DNA of 63,941 nucleotides, counting the filler, from Perkinsus olseni (Eukaryota), in assembly GCA_013115125.1 (NCBI GenBank). It is 3 parts of 3 records of this genome, joined end to end, with 100 filler letters (N's around TTAATTAATTAA, not from the genome) between each part and the next. Parts side by side here need not be neighbours in the genome. Positions count along the whole stretch, not along the records: positions 23,854 to 47,583 come from JABANN010000516.1; positions 47,684 to 63,941 come from JABANN010000680.1; 1 more part is not named here. The stretch is one strand, 5' to 3'. Under the pieces are notes generated by a model. That model did no database searches and was not told the DNA's origin. It saw only the letters and a list, made by a program, of their open reading frames with translations. Below are positions 36,003 through 48,356 of the stretch, in pieces (position 1 is the first letter of the stretch; the number at the start of each line of letters is the position of its first letter). The position numbers and the translations under genes are program-made.

Positions 36003-36959
36003 GTAGACAATACGCGTGTAAGGTCACGGCTCGTCAACGAGCTGGTTGCAAATCGGCCCAGCTTAGCTTGCGATGGGCTTTCACTGCTGCGGAGACATTT
36101 GAAACACTGCAATCTGGACGAGTGCCATCCAGAACAATGGATGTGCCGAGCTGCTCGACCCGAGCACATTGTGCTCGCCGAGCAACGCTCGGCTTCCAGG
36201 TTTGGTGGTTTCCTTCCCGCACTCCCGTATTCTCTGGTATTTTACTTCGCGGAAAGTCACGGGAAAAAAGGAATCCTCGAAAACGGCGTCAGGGTTTCGA
36301 GAAAACTTGGCTCTTAACATTGCAGGATGTAATGAAGTCGATCATCGACTTAATCGCCCGGTTGTGTGATAGAACCTTGTCTTCACGTCAGATGGTAGGT
36401 ATCATAGTATGATGATCATACGCATGTGGCTAAAGCAGAAGCCCGGAGAAACGCACTCGATGTTACGGCTGTCGATAGTTACTATCGAATACTGTCGAAG
36501 TCAGCAGCCAAGTTTGTGGCGACAGATCGGATGCTGATGACGAAGACGGTTAGCTATTGTTCACGGCAGTGGTTGTGGGATCTGAGCTCGCAGCAGAATA
36601 CAGTCGGCCGCTACAATTTGCAGCTTGCAATTTGTTTGAAACACTGAGAACTCAGAAGCGGTGGAAACCGAGGAAGCACAATTAGAAGGTGCTTATCCAG
36701 AGCCAAAGGCTATGTCGCAGAGTTAGATAGGAAGATCGAGGAAGAGCCCATTTAGATACAGCTCGGAAATTCAGACTACAGGGTTTCCTCGCTAGTGAAT
36801 AACACATGAGAGATATGTACAGGATGTCAAACTTTACCGAAGATGAAGTGACCTCAGGTCCCTGACCTGGCAGTACCACTACTGCCGCAGTAGTCAGCGA
36901 CTACTGGTCATGCTGCGTGACTACTAGCTACTGAAGCTAACAGAAAACGATAGGAGGGG

Positions 36960-38450
36960 CTATGGTCTGCCGTTGCGTAGGAGAGGGGTTGTGGTCAGAC
37001 TATGCACCAAGTTGACACCCAAGTAGCTATCAAGCACGAAGGTGATAACATCCGCTACTGGGTCGTAGCCCAAGTTCATGTAGAAGAAGTCTCTGGACAG
37101 ACCAGGAAACCTCCCATGCATACCCCGGCATACGAGTCTCGAGAAGGATGGGTCTCGCGATATTCTCTTCTCGCGAGAGAGAAATGAGAGAGAATAGGAA
37201 GCGTAGCAGGTCTGCGAGAATATCGCGAGAATATCGCGAGGAAGGGTGTTATTCTCGAAACCGTGCAAACCTCCGGAAACCAGGCGTTTCTGACGATATT
37301 GGAGCCTGTGCGTTGGCCCAAGGAATAGTGCGAGATCGTTACAGCTGTAAATCCGATGTCTTACGCAGTCGATGATTACGGTAATCACGGGGTAACCCCG
37401 AAAAAACTATAAGCTTGCGTCAGATTGGCCTGGATCTTCAGTCCAGTGACTGAACTCGTGCCCGAAGCAACACTAGTCGCCGATGAGCTAGGTAGGGCCG
37501 TCTATAATGCATGATCTGTGGCTTTCGATGAGACTACAGTCGGATCGTCCCACTTGGATGCATATAGCAGTGCTATAATAGCACACAGGCTTTGAGACAT
37601 AGTAACTGCTAGGTCACATAGCAGTTACTGAGTTCAACTCAGTGAGTTGCATATACGAGATCTGGTGAAATCCCGCGAAATCTCGCGAGAACGAGAACGG
37701 GAGAGAATAGGGTTTTCGGCCGATTTCCTCATTCTCGAGAAATCTCATCTCGCCAAAATGCCGGGGTATGCTCCCATGGAGACGAAATAAGTCCGATTCG
37801 GAAAGCTCTACGCGGACCATGCTTGAGCTCAGCATGAGGAAAGCGGGGTCAAGTAGCGAACTATAATCTCTCTCACCGAACCTGATGTGATAATGGACGC
37901 GATCTCTCCCACCAACTTGCTTGAACTCCATCGTCATAGACAAGCCTCCATCCTAAATCCTGTATACATCGGAAGATTTAGTAACATCAGTGACCGGCCC
38001 GGCGTCCTCTGCTGGGTCGCTCTCGTGAAGGACCTCGAAAGCATCCCCAGAGGCCACCATAGTCACGCGATTCTTCACGGGGTCGCAGCCGAACACGGTA
38101 TAGCCCTCACGCGAGAACTGTCCGGGATGATGTTGCTCCCAGTATTGCTGTTGCTGCTCGTCAACAGTGACACGTATCAGTCTGATACTATCAGAGAAGA
38201 ACTGCTGACCATAGCAATTGAGTAGGATTTCATACTCTTCGAGCCGAGCATAGGACTGCGGATGTTGTACTTAACCCTGTCGTTCTCGAGGAACTCGAGC
38301 TCAGCGCGGATAGACGCGGTTGTGAAGTTCCTCGGAGTATACAGACCCAGAGGCTTCGTGACGTCCCATTCCTTTCTGGGGGTCATGAAATAACAAAGAT
38401 GGAAAATGGTTGGTACATAGAACATGAAGACCATAGGCCATTGAACACAG
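36960..38450 (-). pseudogene. Pseudogene of a two-repeat lineage-specific protein, disrupted by a frameshift, a stop and a hAT insertion
   Basis: Removing 37119-37770 plus one TSD joins ...SESDLFRLHG to RFPGLSRDFFYMNLGYDPVADVITF...; frameshift near 38185 and in-frame TAG near 37953; internal repeat AELEFLENDRVKYNIR / MTMEFKQ..RDRVHYHIR. Confidence 0.7.
37119..37770. mobile_element. Non-autonomous hAT-type DNA transposon, 652 bp
   Basis: 13-bp perfect TIR CATACCCCGGCAT/ATGCCGGGGTATG; perfect 8-bp TSD CTCCCATG (37111-37118, 37771-37778); TCGCGAGA subterminal arrays. Confidence 0.93.
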
Positions 38451-39752
38451 AAGATAATGCGTCCACACGGGTAACCTAGGACAAATACGAAGAGCGCACA
38501 AGGAGACAGAAAAAGAGACAATATGGCGTGACACCGAGCAGCGAGGCTCGCAAAAGGGACATCTAGGGCCTGAACACTCTTAGGGTCGCAGATCAACACT
38601 CAAGCTGACACACTATGTTAACTGAAATGTTGATCAGAACCGCTCCCAATGCCATCGACGACAGCCCGTCGTTTATTATATAACGGAGAAGTCCTGCTCA
38701 CATATGGTTCATTGTCCGGCTATCGCTATGACGTGCACGCGTACGCGAAATCGATTGTCTATGGAACCTCGTCCCTCCTCGCATCCGAAACTCCCGTGAT
38801 GCAGAGGTCCAACCATCGCGCTTGGAAATGTGAACGGTGAGTGGCCCTGCTTTGACGTGTTCAACCTTCGTCAGCGTCAGAGCCAGCAGGCACTGCCTGT
38901 CAGACCTGTGTCTTCAACCGACTAGTTGTTGGGATTCACCGCGGTTCAGTAGGACACGACTCCATACCCTGTCTAGGTGTGCCCGTGACTTATTCCCTGC
39001 AGCCGGGATCAAGGACAATGAGTCATCTAGGGCGATTGTCGGCACGGTCATTCACGAGGTCTGAGATCGCTCGGCACCATTTGCGAATAAATTTCCTATA
39101 TTCTTCCTTTGTTTTCTATATTTTCCCTTTTTCCCTATTTGTTTCGATTCGAGAAAAAAGGTCGGACTTTCCGCTGGCCAACGACCCTGCGAAGGGAGGC
39201 TCTCTTAGGGAGCTTCAAGGCCGGAAGTCATGGCTATGAAAAGGGGCCGTGGAAGCTCAACTCATCACAGATTGTGTATCACAGTGTCGCAGCTCATTTT
39301 TCTCATCTATGAACTACAGGCTATGATCAATGATCATTGGTCATGCATGATGCATCGCTGACGAAGCGCTCTTTGATCCTCGAAAGTTTGAGCGAGGCAG
39401 ACAAGAACTGCAACGCAAGGTCCCCACGATATCAGTCCTGTGTACCGTATACCGATGAACATGCACAGATTGAGGTGGGCGGCAGTACAGGTACGGTCTA
39501 GGACGGAGTACGGTACGGGTACGAGTACGGCTCCGTACCCGTACTACCCGTCGCAGCGGTTTCATTTGTTTTTTACAATTTCCGCTCTCTTGTCGAATTT
39601 CATCGCTTTATTTTTCATGTCCGAAATTTCTGAAATTTCCTCTAGCAGAGATATCAGGAATTTCAACTTTCGAAAACCCTGATTTGGCGCGAATCCGAAC
39701 TCCATTCCGGGCTGTTTTTCGAGGAACAAGTCTTCGAGGAGACAGTCTCTTC

Positions 39753-39796
39753 CGTTCGGGACTCGGTTCGGGACTCGGTTCGGGACTCGGTTCGGG
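39753..39796. repeat. Tandem 12-mer repeat (GGTTCGGGACTC), about 3.5 copies
   Basis: gttcgggactcggttcgggactcggttcgggactcggttcggg. Confidence 0.9.
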
Positions 39797-39943
39797 CACG
39801 TTGGTCAGTGATCACCCAATTGTCACCGACGTCTGGTGCTCCTGTATTGAAAACTCAAGCGAACACTGAAATAAGAAAAATCATATCATCTGATGAGCTC
39901 CATCGTCGACCCGGTGAGGAAGTTAGGCAAGCCCAGCAACAGC

Positions 39944-40738
39944 TTAGCGAATGAGTACACCAGTGGCGATGGACTCAAAGGACTCGAAGGGTCCTGTCCC
40001 ATCAAAGTTGCCCTTAACCCTTTGGTATATTTGATATCTCCAGCCTACAATCCATTCTTCTTTCTCTTTGAACCATTCTTTCGTCACCTGCACTGATTGC
40101 GCGGTGAACAACCTCACTTTGCCAGAGTGGCTCGTGGCCGAGGCGTCGGAGTGGAGGATCAACTGCCCGGTGTTAGCCCAACCTCTCACATTGTATTTCC
40201 CGTTGCTAGCCTTCTCTCCATTGGGTAAGCAAACGTAAACCCTTGATGGGATCTCGATATTGGATATGCCTTCGAATCTTTCCTCATAGTCGATATCTCT
40301 GCCACCGGGATTCCACCGAGTGTACACGCCTTCCTCTTCAGCATCTAGGTTGAGCGTACCACTGATGTTCAGTGAAACAACCTCAATCGACGTACACCCC
40401 GGGCCATCAGCCAACGTGTTGAACTGCAGCTTCAAATCGCCGTTGCGTCCAGGCATGTTACTCTCGACTATGATCCCAGTGCTCTCCTGATGAACTCCAT
40501 GCGAGTTATAACCCTCCATGTTGTATTTACAGGCCCCCTTCCGTACACGAGTAGAATCACCATGCTTTGCTGGACCAGGTCCCCCGTTGCAACCCTCGGG
40601 ATAGTCGGCGGTGACAGACAAAGGTTCGGCATGGACAGTCCGAGTGTTCTTCCCGACACCGCCCATCACTAGCTTTACCATGCTAACCACCAACATGAAG
40701 CGGTGCAGCACTTTACAGTATCCTCTGTCGTTTTTCAT
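39944..40738 (-). CDS. Intronless putative secreted beta-rich protein (about 260 aa), intact member of a local tandem family
   Basis: Uninterrupted ORF with hydrophobic N-terminus (FMLVVSMVKLVMG); two neighbouring paralogs preserve its reading frame. Confidence 0.75.
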   Translation of the reverse strand: MKNDRGYCKVLHRFMLVVSMVKLVMGGVGKNTRTVHAEPLSVTADYPEGCNGGPGPAKHGDSTRVRKGACKYNMEGYNSHGVHQESTGIIVESNMPGRNGDLKLQFNTLADGPGCTSIEVVSLNISGTLNLDAEEEGVYTRWNPGGRDIDYEERFEGISNIEIPSRVYVCLPNGEKASNGKYNVRGWANTGQLILHSDASATSHSGKVRLFTAQSVQVTKEWFKEKEEWIVGWRYQIYQRVKGNFDGTGPFESFESIATGVLIR

Positions 40739-41789
40739 CACGCAGCACAAAGATATGATGAATATCGAATCCTGGCAGGAATTTGGATTATCCAGGATAA
40801 TTTATCCTGCGTCACTGCACTGCGTGTTCGACAGGGCTGAGCACGCTGCGCCAGACACAGCCTCGCGTGCGCTGTGCCGACCTTAGCGCTACAGGCTGCG
40901 TTGAAACTTGCTCGCATGGGAGCGCTGGTCGAACCAGCGCGATATCGTTCCCTTTTGTGGAGGGTTGAAAAAAATTCCGCATTATTGACTGTGGTTGCAC
41001 CGTCAATACCAGTGGTATTATACCACCGCAGCTGACTAAAATTACACGTATTCAGCGTGACGTCAACTCAAATTCGGAGCATGGCGTTTTAGGCGCCGCG
41101 CGTATAGTGCTACTTTGAGCTAGAAGTTCTAGCCTAGAACTTACGTTAGTTCAGCTTACGCTATAGAGTGCTACTTTCGACTAGTTCCGCTCGAGTCCAG
41201 CTTGAAGCTGAAGCTAGAAGCTTCCAGCTTTTACCGTCTTCTGGTCCATAGAGTGTCTTAGGTCGTCTTCATCAGAAACTGGACCACTGGAGAGGTGAAG
41301 CCGACTCGAAATAATATGATTTCATCGGGACCGCGTTTACTGGCTGTCTCTGTCGAAGATTAGCCGACCTGTTGAATCGGTAGCAATGAGTTGTCAGTAC
41401 GACATACGTACGAGCTTCCTTTACATGGCTATCTTGCGGGATGGCGATCGTGCATGTGCTCACCGGGACAATACTGGTCCCGGCTATGAAAAAAAGTTTC
41501 AACTCATTTAATGCTGTGGCAAAGTCGCTGTGCTTCACAGCGTTGTAACTCATCATAATCATCCGTGAACTCCAGCGTATGATCCTGCCTCGCTGTTGAA
41601 GTGCTACATCATCTTCGACAGCTTGAGCGATGCAAACAACTCAAATCCTTCGACTCTTGCCAGAGCAGACGTGGGCAGAGTGATCGCTGGTGAACTGGCC
41701 GCCAGTTACTGGCGTAATATCAGGTAAGAAAGTTTAAATAATCTGATAAGTTTTATCGTCCACCAAGATCGTCGACGCGGAGAGAAAGT

Positions 41790-42401
41790 GGCGATGGGCT
41801 CAAAGGACTCGAAGGGTCCTAACTAGCCCAACCCCTCAAATTGTATTCCTCGTTGCTAGCCTTGTTTCCATTGGGTAAGCGCACGTCAATTCTTGATGGG
41901 ATGATCCCATTGAGATCTCGATCTTAGAAATTCCTCCGAATCTCCCCTCGTAGGTGATGTCTCTGCCACCGGGATTCCACCGAGTGTACACGCCTTCCCC
42001 TTCAGCGTCTAGGTTGAGCCTACCACTGATGTTCACCGATAGTATCAGTCTGATACCACCTTAATCGACCTACGCCCCAGGGCTTCAGCCCACCTGTTGA
42101 ACTGCAAGTACAGAAAACCTTCGCGTCCAGGCATGTTGGTCTTGATCATAATCCCAGTGCTCTCCTGATAAGCCCTATGGGAGTTATAGCCCTCCAGGTT
42201 GTACAAACAGGTCCCACGCAGCAGGTACACGATGTCACTACGGTTTTCTGTGACGCTGGGTTTCCCGTTGCAGCCCTTGGGGTAGTCAGCAGTGACGGAC
42301 AACGGTTCAAAACGAACAGTCCAAGCGTCCTCTTCAACACCGCCCATCACTATCCAGCGCAATCTTCTTCCGTAGTGATAAGGGCTGAAAAATGCTCGCA
42401 T
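41790..42401 (-). pseudogene. Frameshifted and deleted paralog of 39944-40738
   Basis: EPLSVTADYPKGCNG, YNLEGYNSH..YQESTGI, LNLDAEGEGVYTRWNPGGRDI; frameshifts near 42045 and 41900, and a large 3' deletion. Confidence 0.85.
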
Positions 42402-43839
42402 AATTCACGGCTTCATTCAATACCACCGCAGCTGATAAAACTGCACGTATCCAGCGTGACACCAGCGCATGATCTCAAATAGGGGGGGGGCAGTGAGAAC
42501 GTGAGTCGAATTTGGTGCCTAGCGTGCCTTGGGCAGTCGTCAGCAGAGACTAGACTACTGGAGAGGTGTAGCCCACCACAAATAATACGATCTCATCGAG
42601 AGCGCATTCCCTGGCTGTCTCGGTCGAACATCACCCAACTTTGCGGGTCGCTAACGCCGCGCTAGTAGCACTGTGCTACGTACGTACCCTTTCAAGTGGT
42701 ATCCTCGAGAAATGGCAATTGTTACAATTGAATTGTACATGTGCCCATGGGGACAATAGTGGCAGGAATAGCTCACTCGAGCGATGATGAGTAGCTCGAG
42801 GTGGTGATATGTTGTGACATCTTGATAGACTCGTCCGTGCACTGTAAGGGTGGCATGCACTCCACGCATGCAGCTTACGTGATGTAACCACGTTGTGCTT
42901 CTTTGATAGTAGCTCTTCCGTGAGCTATGCCGATGTCTTCTGGCGTCAGCTTAGAGATTGCGTTGATGAGTTCGGGACGTCTGTTTATTTCGGCTTCATG
43001 GTACCTTTTTCATCGTGGCCGCATCGTATCCCTTGTCGGCAGTGCGGACTCTGCACTTGCGATGCGCAGGTTGCGGACTGATTTCAACCTTGCTGATGCG
43101 TTTCCTAGCCAACGCCTCGGCTGTCTCCCTCGCGTCAGGATGTGACGATTGCGACCAAGAGGAGAGAGTAACCGTGATTGGAGGCTCTTACGCTGATTCT
43201 TTCAGCCGCTGTATGTATATGCCTTCTGTAACTGCCTTGGATGTATCGGATACATCGTCTGGGGTCAATTTGATTGGGAGACCTGGCTGATCGGAGTCCG
43301 ATCAGCCACTCCGAAAGGCTGAGAAGATGACCTTTATATGTGCCACGTGTTTCGGTTCATTCCGGCAAACTCGCTGAACGATTGTTGCGAGGGAATGTGT
43401 CGGTTGTCTGGTCGCGTCTGGCGGCGCGGATGAGCTCATCGCGAATTGTATTACAAGTCTTGTAGTGTGGGGGTCCTTCACACCATTAGCCCGAGAGAAG
43501 GACGAACAATGGTGGTAGCCGACCTGCGAGTCCGATTCGAGAGGCAAAACTCGGGCCCCAATGACGAAGCGCTACCTCATCCAGGTTGAGTCATCCTCGA
43601 GAGATCCTCGATCTTGGATATGTTGGTGCGGGAGAGGCGAACAAGTCAAATCTTTTGACTTTTGCCTACGCAGACGTGGACAAAGCAAGACTCACTTCGT
43701 CATTCGGTCTGGTGCTCCCGTACTGAAAACTCTAGCGTAATATGAAGTCAGAAAGTTCAACTTATAGGATAATTCTTATCGTCTTCCGAGATCGTCGACC
43801 CGGAGAAGACCCGGAGAAGCAAGCCCATCCACCACTCAG

Positions 43840-44345
43840 CGGAGAAGTACCCCAGCGGCAATGGACTCAAAGGACTCGACGGGTTCTGACCCATCAGCGT
43901 TGCCCTGAACCATATGGTGTATTTGATATCTCCAGGCTGCAATCCATCCTTGCTCCTCCTTGAGCCATTCCTTCGTCACCTGTACTACTCGTGCGGTGTA
44001 TAACCTACCTTTACCAGAGCGGCCGAGGCGTCAGAGTGGAGAGACAGCTGGTTGGTGTTAGCCCAACCTCTCACATTGTATTTCGCGTTGCTAGCCCTCT
44101 CTCCATTGGGTAATTAAAGGTAAGTTCAGAACTTAAAGTTCTCGATGGGATCTCGATATTGGATATTCCTCCAAATCTTGCCTCGTAGTTGACATCGCTA
44201 CCAACCGGATTCCACCAGGCGTCTACGCCTTCCCCGTAAGCGTCTAGCTTGGCGCTACCACTGATATTCGGTGAACACACTTTGATCGACGTGTCCACGG
44301 GACCATCACCCACCGTGTTGAAGTTCAAATCAACTGCAGCTTCAA
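43840..44345 (-). pseudogene. 5'-truncated, frameshifted paralog of 39944-40738
   Basis: FNTVGDGPVDTSIKV...WNPVGSDVNYEARFGGISNIEIPSR; 3' part aligns to WIxxWRYQI; insertion near 44115-44140. Confidence 0.85.
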
Positions 44346-44874
44346 ATATGCAGAGACGTAAATGTAGGTGTGCTGCACTTAGGATCTACCCATAGGCTAT
44401 AATGCAGGGTATCGATTTTGGCCTTCCCTGCACTGTGCAGCCTGAAGCTGCACAGGAAAAATCAACTTAATCGAATCTGGATGGACGAGCTGCACCTTTC
44501 GGTGACATGCCCATTTTATAATAACATTTTTATTATACTGGATGATGAGATAAACACCAAGGGTGGTGTTTACTAGGAACAGCTTGGATCAACTACTCAT
44601 AACGCGACAACGGCAACGTTGGTGAGCAGGAAAAAGCGGGTCTACCGGACGATTTATCGACCAACGCGGGTTCTACTCATGACAGTTATTAACATATCGA
44701 AGTCTGTCTCAGTCAATGATGTTCACCGGATGAGAGAATCTTGGAAAATGAGCTTTGTGACAAAGCGTGTCCGCGGATTGACGGTGTGTACATGAGAAAT
44801 AGATCAAGGCTGAGTTGCACTTGATAAAATGCCGTCAATCTGAAACAGGTACGACCACCTTTACCAATCAGTAC

Positions 44875-45690
44875 TTAAGATTTGCGGTAAAGACGATCGG
44901 TAATGTAGTTGCCGGTAACGAAGATCGCGTCGGGGGAGGCAAACCTCACAGTGTTCCACCTCGTTACGGCGTCATACTCCTCAGGAAGATCAGGACAAAC
45001 CTTCTTGAGCTCGGTGACAAGCTGGCCCAAAGTATGTGTACTCGTTGTCTCCGTCACCTCGTAACCTTGACCAATGCCCGTTCCCACGAGCTTAAAGCGG
45101 TAGGCGGAAGTCCGAGTGTTACTGCAAGTGAGTGTAACATCACAGAATCCGTCATCCAGGACCCGTATATTCATACCGACTTTTTGTGAGTTTCCAGGGC
45201 CGGTCTCGAAAACCCCTGGAACGTATGGAAGCCAGCGACGATGGAGTACGAAACCGGCATCTGCGTCACCATCGTCGTTCAGTACGAAGGCCTCGAAGTG
45301 GTCTTGGTCGTATGTATCCGCTGGACATGCAGCCCGCGCCCCAGCAAGCCAAGCATCATGTGCCTCCCTCCCAGGGCCAGATGGCGGGACTACATGAATG
45401 GACGCCGGCTTCTTTGCATCGGGCTGGAGTCTGAACCAACCACTTTGGTACGGAGTTATGGTAGGGCACTGTACAAAAATCATACCAAGACCGGTGCCGT
45501 GGTCGACGAGGAAGGTAACTCTGGAGAACAAATGCTGGTAGACGAATTCATCAACATGTCTCATGGTTGCGGGGCACAGAGAAGGTTTCATGGTTGTGGG
45601 GCACGGAGTAGATCCTGTGGTGCGGCTCCTCCCAGAACCATTGGCCAGTACAACAATAAACGAGAGGAGAATCATGAGACGGAGGGCCAT
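44875..45690 (-). CDS. Intronless secreted protein (271 aa) with two internally similar halves, lineage-specific type
   Basis: MALRLMILLSFIVVLANG signal peptide; long clean ORF; repeated ...C....F.L and ..ACP/..VCP motifs in each half. Confidence 0.8.
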   Translation of the reverse strand: MALRLMILLSFIVVLANGSGRSRTTGSTPCPTTMKPSLCPATMRHVDEFVYQHLFSRVTFLVDHGTGLGMIFVQCPTITPYQSGWFRLQPDAKKPASIHVVPPSGPGREAHDAWLAGARAACPADTYDQDHFEAFVLNDDGDADAGFVLHRRWLPYVPGVFETGPGNSQKVGMNIRVLDDGFCDVTLTCSNTRTSAYRFKLVGTGIGQGYEVTETTSTHTLGQLVTELKKVCPDLPEEYDAVTRWNTVRFASPDAIFVTGNYITDRLYRKS

Positions 45691-46646
45691 TATTAGTGAG
45701 TGGATAATGAACACCTACAAAAGATGACCAACTACGGTAGGGATATCGCCCATTACAGTTTATGGGTGTCGAAAGGAAAGGGTGTCACTGATATGTTCTG
45801 AGTCAGAACTGTCATCATTTCTCTTGGTATCACGATAGACGTCAGAGAGGTCGTCACCATAGTCAACCTCCTCAAAGATGGACATATGAATTCAACTCCA
45901 ATGCTAGGAAGAAGGGAAGCAACTGAAACACTGAACTATTTCCCTGTCCCGCCCACAATGAACAACGGACAGCCGTCACGGTCACACGTCACACATATTT
46001 GTTCGCGCGCGCACGCACGAATCTCGCTCACCCATTATATCTAACCTCAGGAGACTTAAAGGAAGTTTAGGGTATTTCACTAGAAAACAGGCGTTGGAGG
46101 TTAGGTTCCTCACCTTAAGGAGGCCCCTTAGGGCTCCCAACTTAGGGGGACCTCGATCCTAGATAGGAAGCGTGTTCCCCGAAATGGATATCATCAACTG
46201 CTGATTAAGGAACAAGATTACTCATATGCCGGTTTTGATCCGGCAACCTTGCGGGAGTCGGACTGAGCCACAAACGACGGTGCCATATCGACCACAGGTT
46301 AGATGTTGAGGCACAATGTGCCTGGCACGTGCTACTACGGTAGTAGTACTACCATGATGGTACTCATGCTATCAATAGGTAAGAAGACGCAGAAAAATTC
46401 GGCCGAAGCCTTAGAGCAGGGAAACGTGATAATTAGATCATGTATTGCTTGTGTTTAAGGACAGTTTCGATCTGAGCTATCGATACTATCGATTCGATAG
46501 GTTCTCATCTAGGACTATATTAAAGACCATCTATTCACTATGGACTATAGTAAACAGCTTGTTTCTCATAGACCCCATACCATGAGTATCATTATGATAC
46601 TGTCAGCGGACGTGTCAGGACGTCACGTGAGCGAGGCATTTTCGAG

Positions 46647-46689
46647 TTGCACACGACTTGCACGTGAGTCACGTGCAAGTCGTGTGCAA
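46647..46689. repeat. Perfect 21-bp inverted repeat with a 1-nt spacer
   Basis: TTGCACACGACTTGCACGTGA-G-TCACGTGCAAGTCGTGTGCAA. Confidence 0.95.
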
Positions 46690-46868
46690 GTCGCGTGGAC
46701 CTTCGCCCGACTCGATCGGCAAAACCGTGGGAGAGTGATCGGAGGTCGGAGCGATACCACGCGACGCGAAGCGGGTAATAGCGGCGTAAGGCTCTGTCTA
46801 GCACTGTCCTATGCGCAGATATCCTTTCTAGTTTTTTCCGTCGCGTATTACCCCATAACGGCGCAGTT

Positions 46869-47075
46869 GCATATCGAAATGGTACACTTGGCGCGCGCGA
46901 AATTCACTTCGCGCTCTCTACAACGACGAAACGGTCGATGAAACGGTTGATCGATATATCAGTGAATTCCTCTCGTCAAAATTCATAAGCTGACCAGCTT
47001 TGACATGTAAAAGCTTCGTACCAACAGAGATATCTCAATTTGAGCGATTTGCATATCAAAATGGCACACACTGTA
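46869..47075 (-). mobile_element. Possible Tc1/mariner-like terminus with an internal direct repeat
   Basis: Minus strand begins TA-CAGTGTGTGCCATTTTGATATGC; GCATATC(A/G)AAATGG(C/T)ACAC occurs at 46869 and 47051; no partner end found. Confidence 0.4.
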
Positions 47076-47583
47076 GTTCACAGTAACATCCCTCTCGGAG
47101 CAAGTTGCGAGAATGCGTAGAAATACACGGTAGATGTCAGACGATTGTTTGAACGCATGAAGTTAGGCTTGCTATCCTCCGTAATTGTCACACCATAACT
47201 CGCGTGACTGAATAATTTGCCACCCTCTGGATCGCATTCGATTCCACTCAGATCAAGCTCGCCCCTCTCGGATAGTGTCTGCCTGTGATCTCGACTTCGA
47301 CCGACTGACCAACACAACACCGTTGGTTCGGAAAAGGAACACGCTACGTTAATCTCTCCACGCAAGGAGTACAAAATGTGGTACAAAAATCTCAGCAATC
47401 ACATTATAGTGCAACATTGGTTTTGTGAATTCATACGCTGTATATAAGCTTGCTGTGGGCCTTGAGGGTTCGGCCGTTGACCAGCATACGCTTGCTGTTG
47501 GGGCTGATAGATCTGAACGAAGGAACGGTCAGCGAAAATTGCCAAGTAATACACGAGAAAAGCAGCGAAATCACATTGAAATG

Positions 47584-47683
47584 NNNNNNNNNNNNNNNNN
47601 NNNNNNNNNNNNNNNNNNNNNNNNNNNTTAATTAATTAANNNNNNNNNNNNNNNNNNNNNNNNNNNNNNNNNNNNNNNNNNNN
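47584..47683. other. Assembly gap with artificial TTAATTAATTAA linker
   Basis: N runs flank TTAATTAATTAA at 47628-47639. Confidence 0.97.
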
Positions 47684-48356
47684 CGCTCGCCCGAAACGAC
47701 AACATCATCTCCTGTGCGCTGCTATTTCACCTTCCGTACCTAAACGGTACTCCTCATTCTTCATGCAGGATCCAGACAGGGATGGTGCCCTGCAGTGGAT
47801 TCAGATCGACCCTCCGACCAAGGCTGAGTATTTCACAATCGCTGGCCTTATCGTATTGCTCGCCTTTGGAGACTCTCTTTATGAATTCGAGCTCCCGGCA
47901 AGCATCCAGGCCCGTTTCGCTCCTACTAGGTAAGAAGCGCGACGTCCTTTTCGTACGAGTACCGAATGCAGGTACCACTTGGTCGCGATCTCAAACTATA
48001 AAGCCTATCACAGCTTGGGGTACTTCATACAGTTTACAATCGATCTTAGTCTTGGTGATGATTCCCTCAACTCCTTCTATCGTGGGGGAACCGTCCATCC
48101 CTCTTTGATCGTCATCACGGTGAGTCTGCGTAACTGCGACGTTGAAAGTCGATGCAAGTGTCCTGTTCATTGATGCCAGGTTGCTCTACTCGTATCCTAC
48201 CTATGCATGGTATTCGGACGGGGTCGGCATACCAACGTATAGCAGCATTATTTTTATTCAAGTTCAAGCCACGTTTTTCGAACCACAAGTGTTTCGCACT
48301 GGTCTGGTTTGTTAAGTACAGCAAGTACGATCAGCTTTATCGGACTGTCCATGAGC

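Noticed and set aside
34907-37778. hAT elements acting as precisely spliced introners
   Set aside because: No sliding of element plus TSD that I tried gave both a valid donor and an AG acceptor.
46065-46150. Telomere-like TTAGGG words
   Set aside because: Scattered rather than tandem; not a telomeric array.
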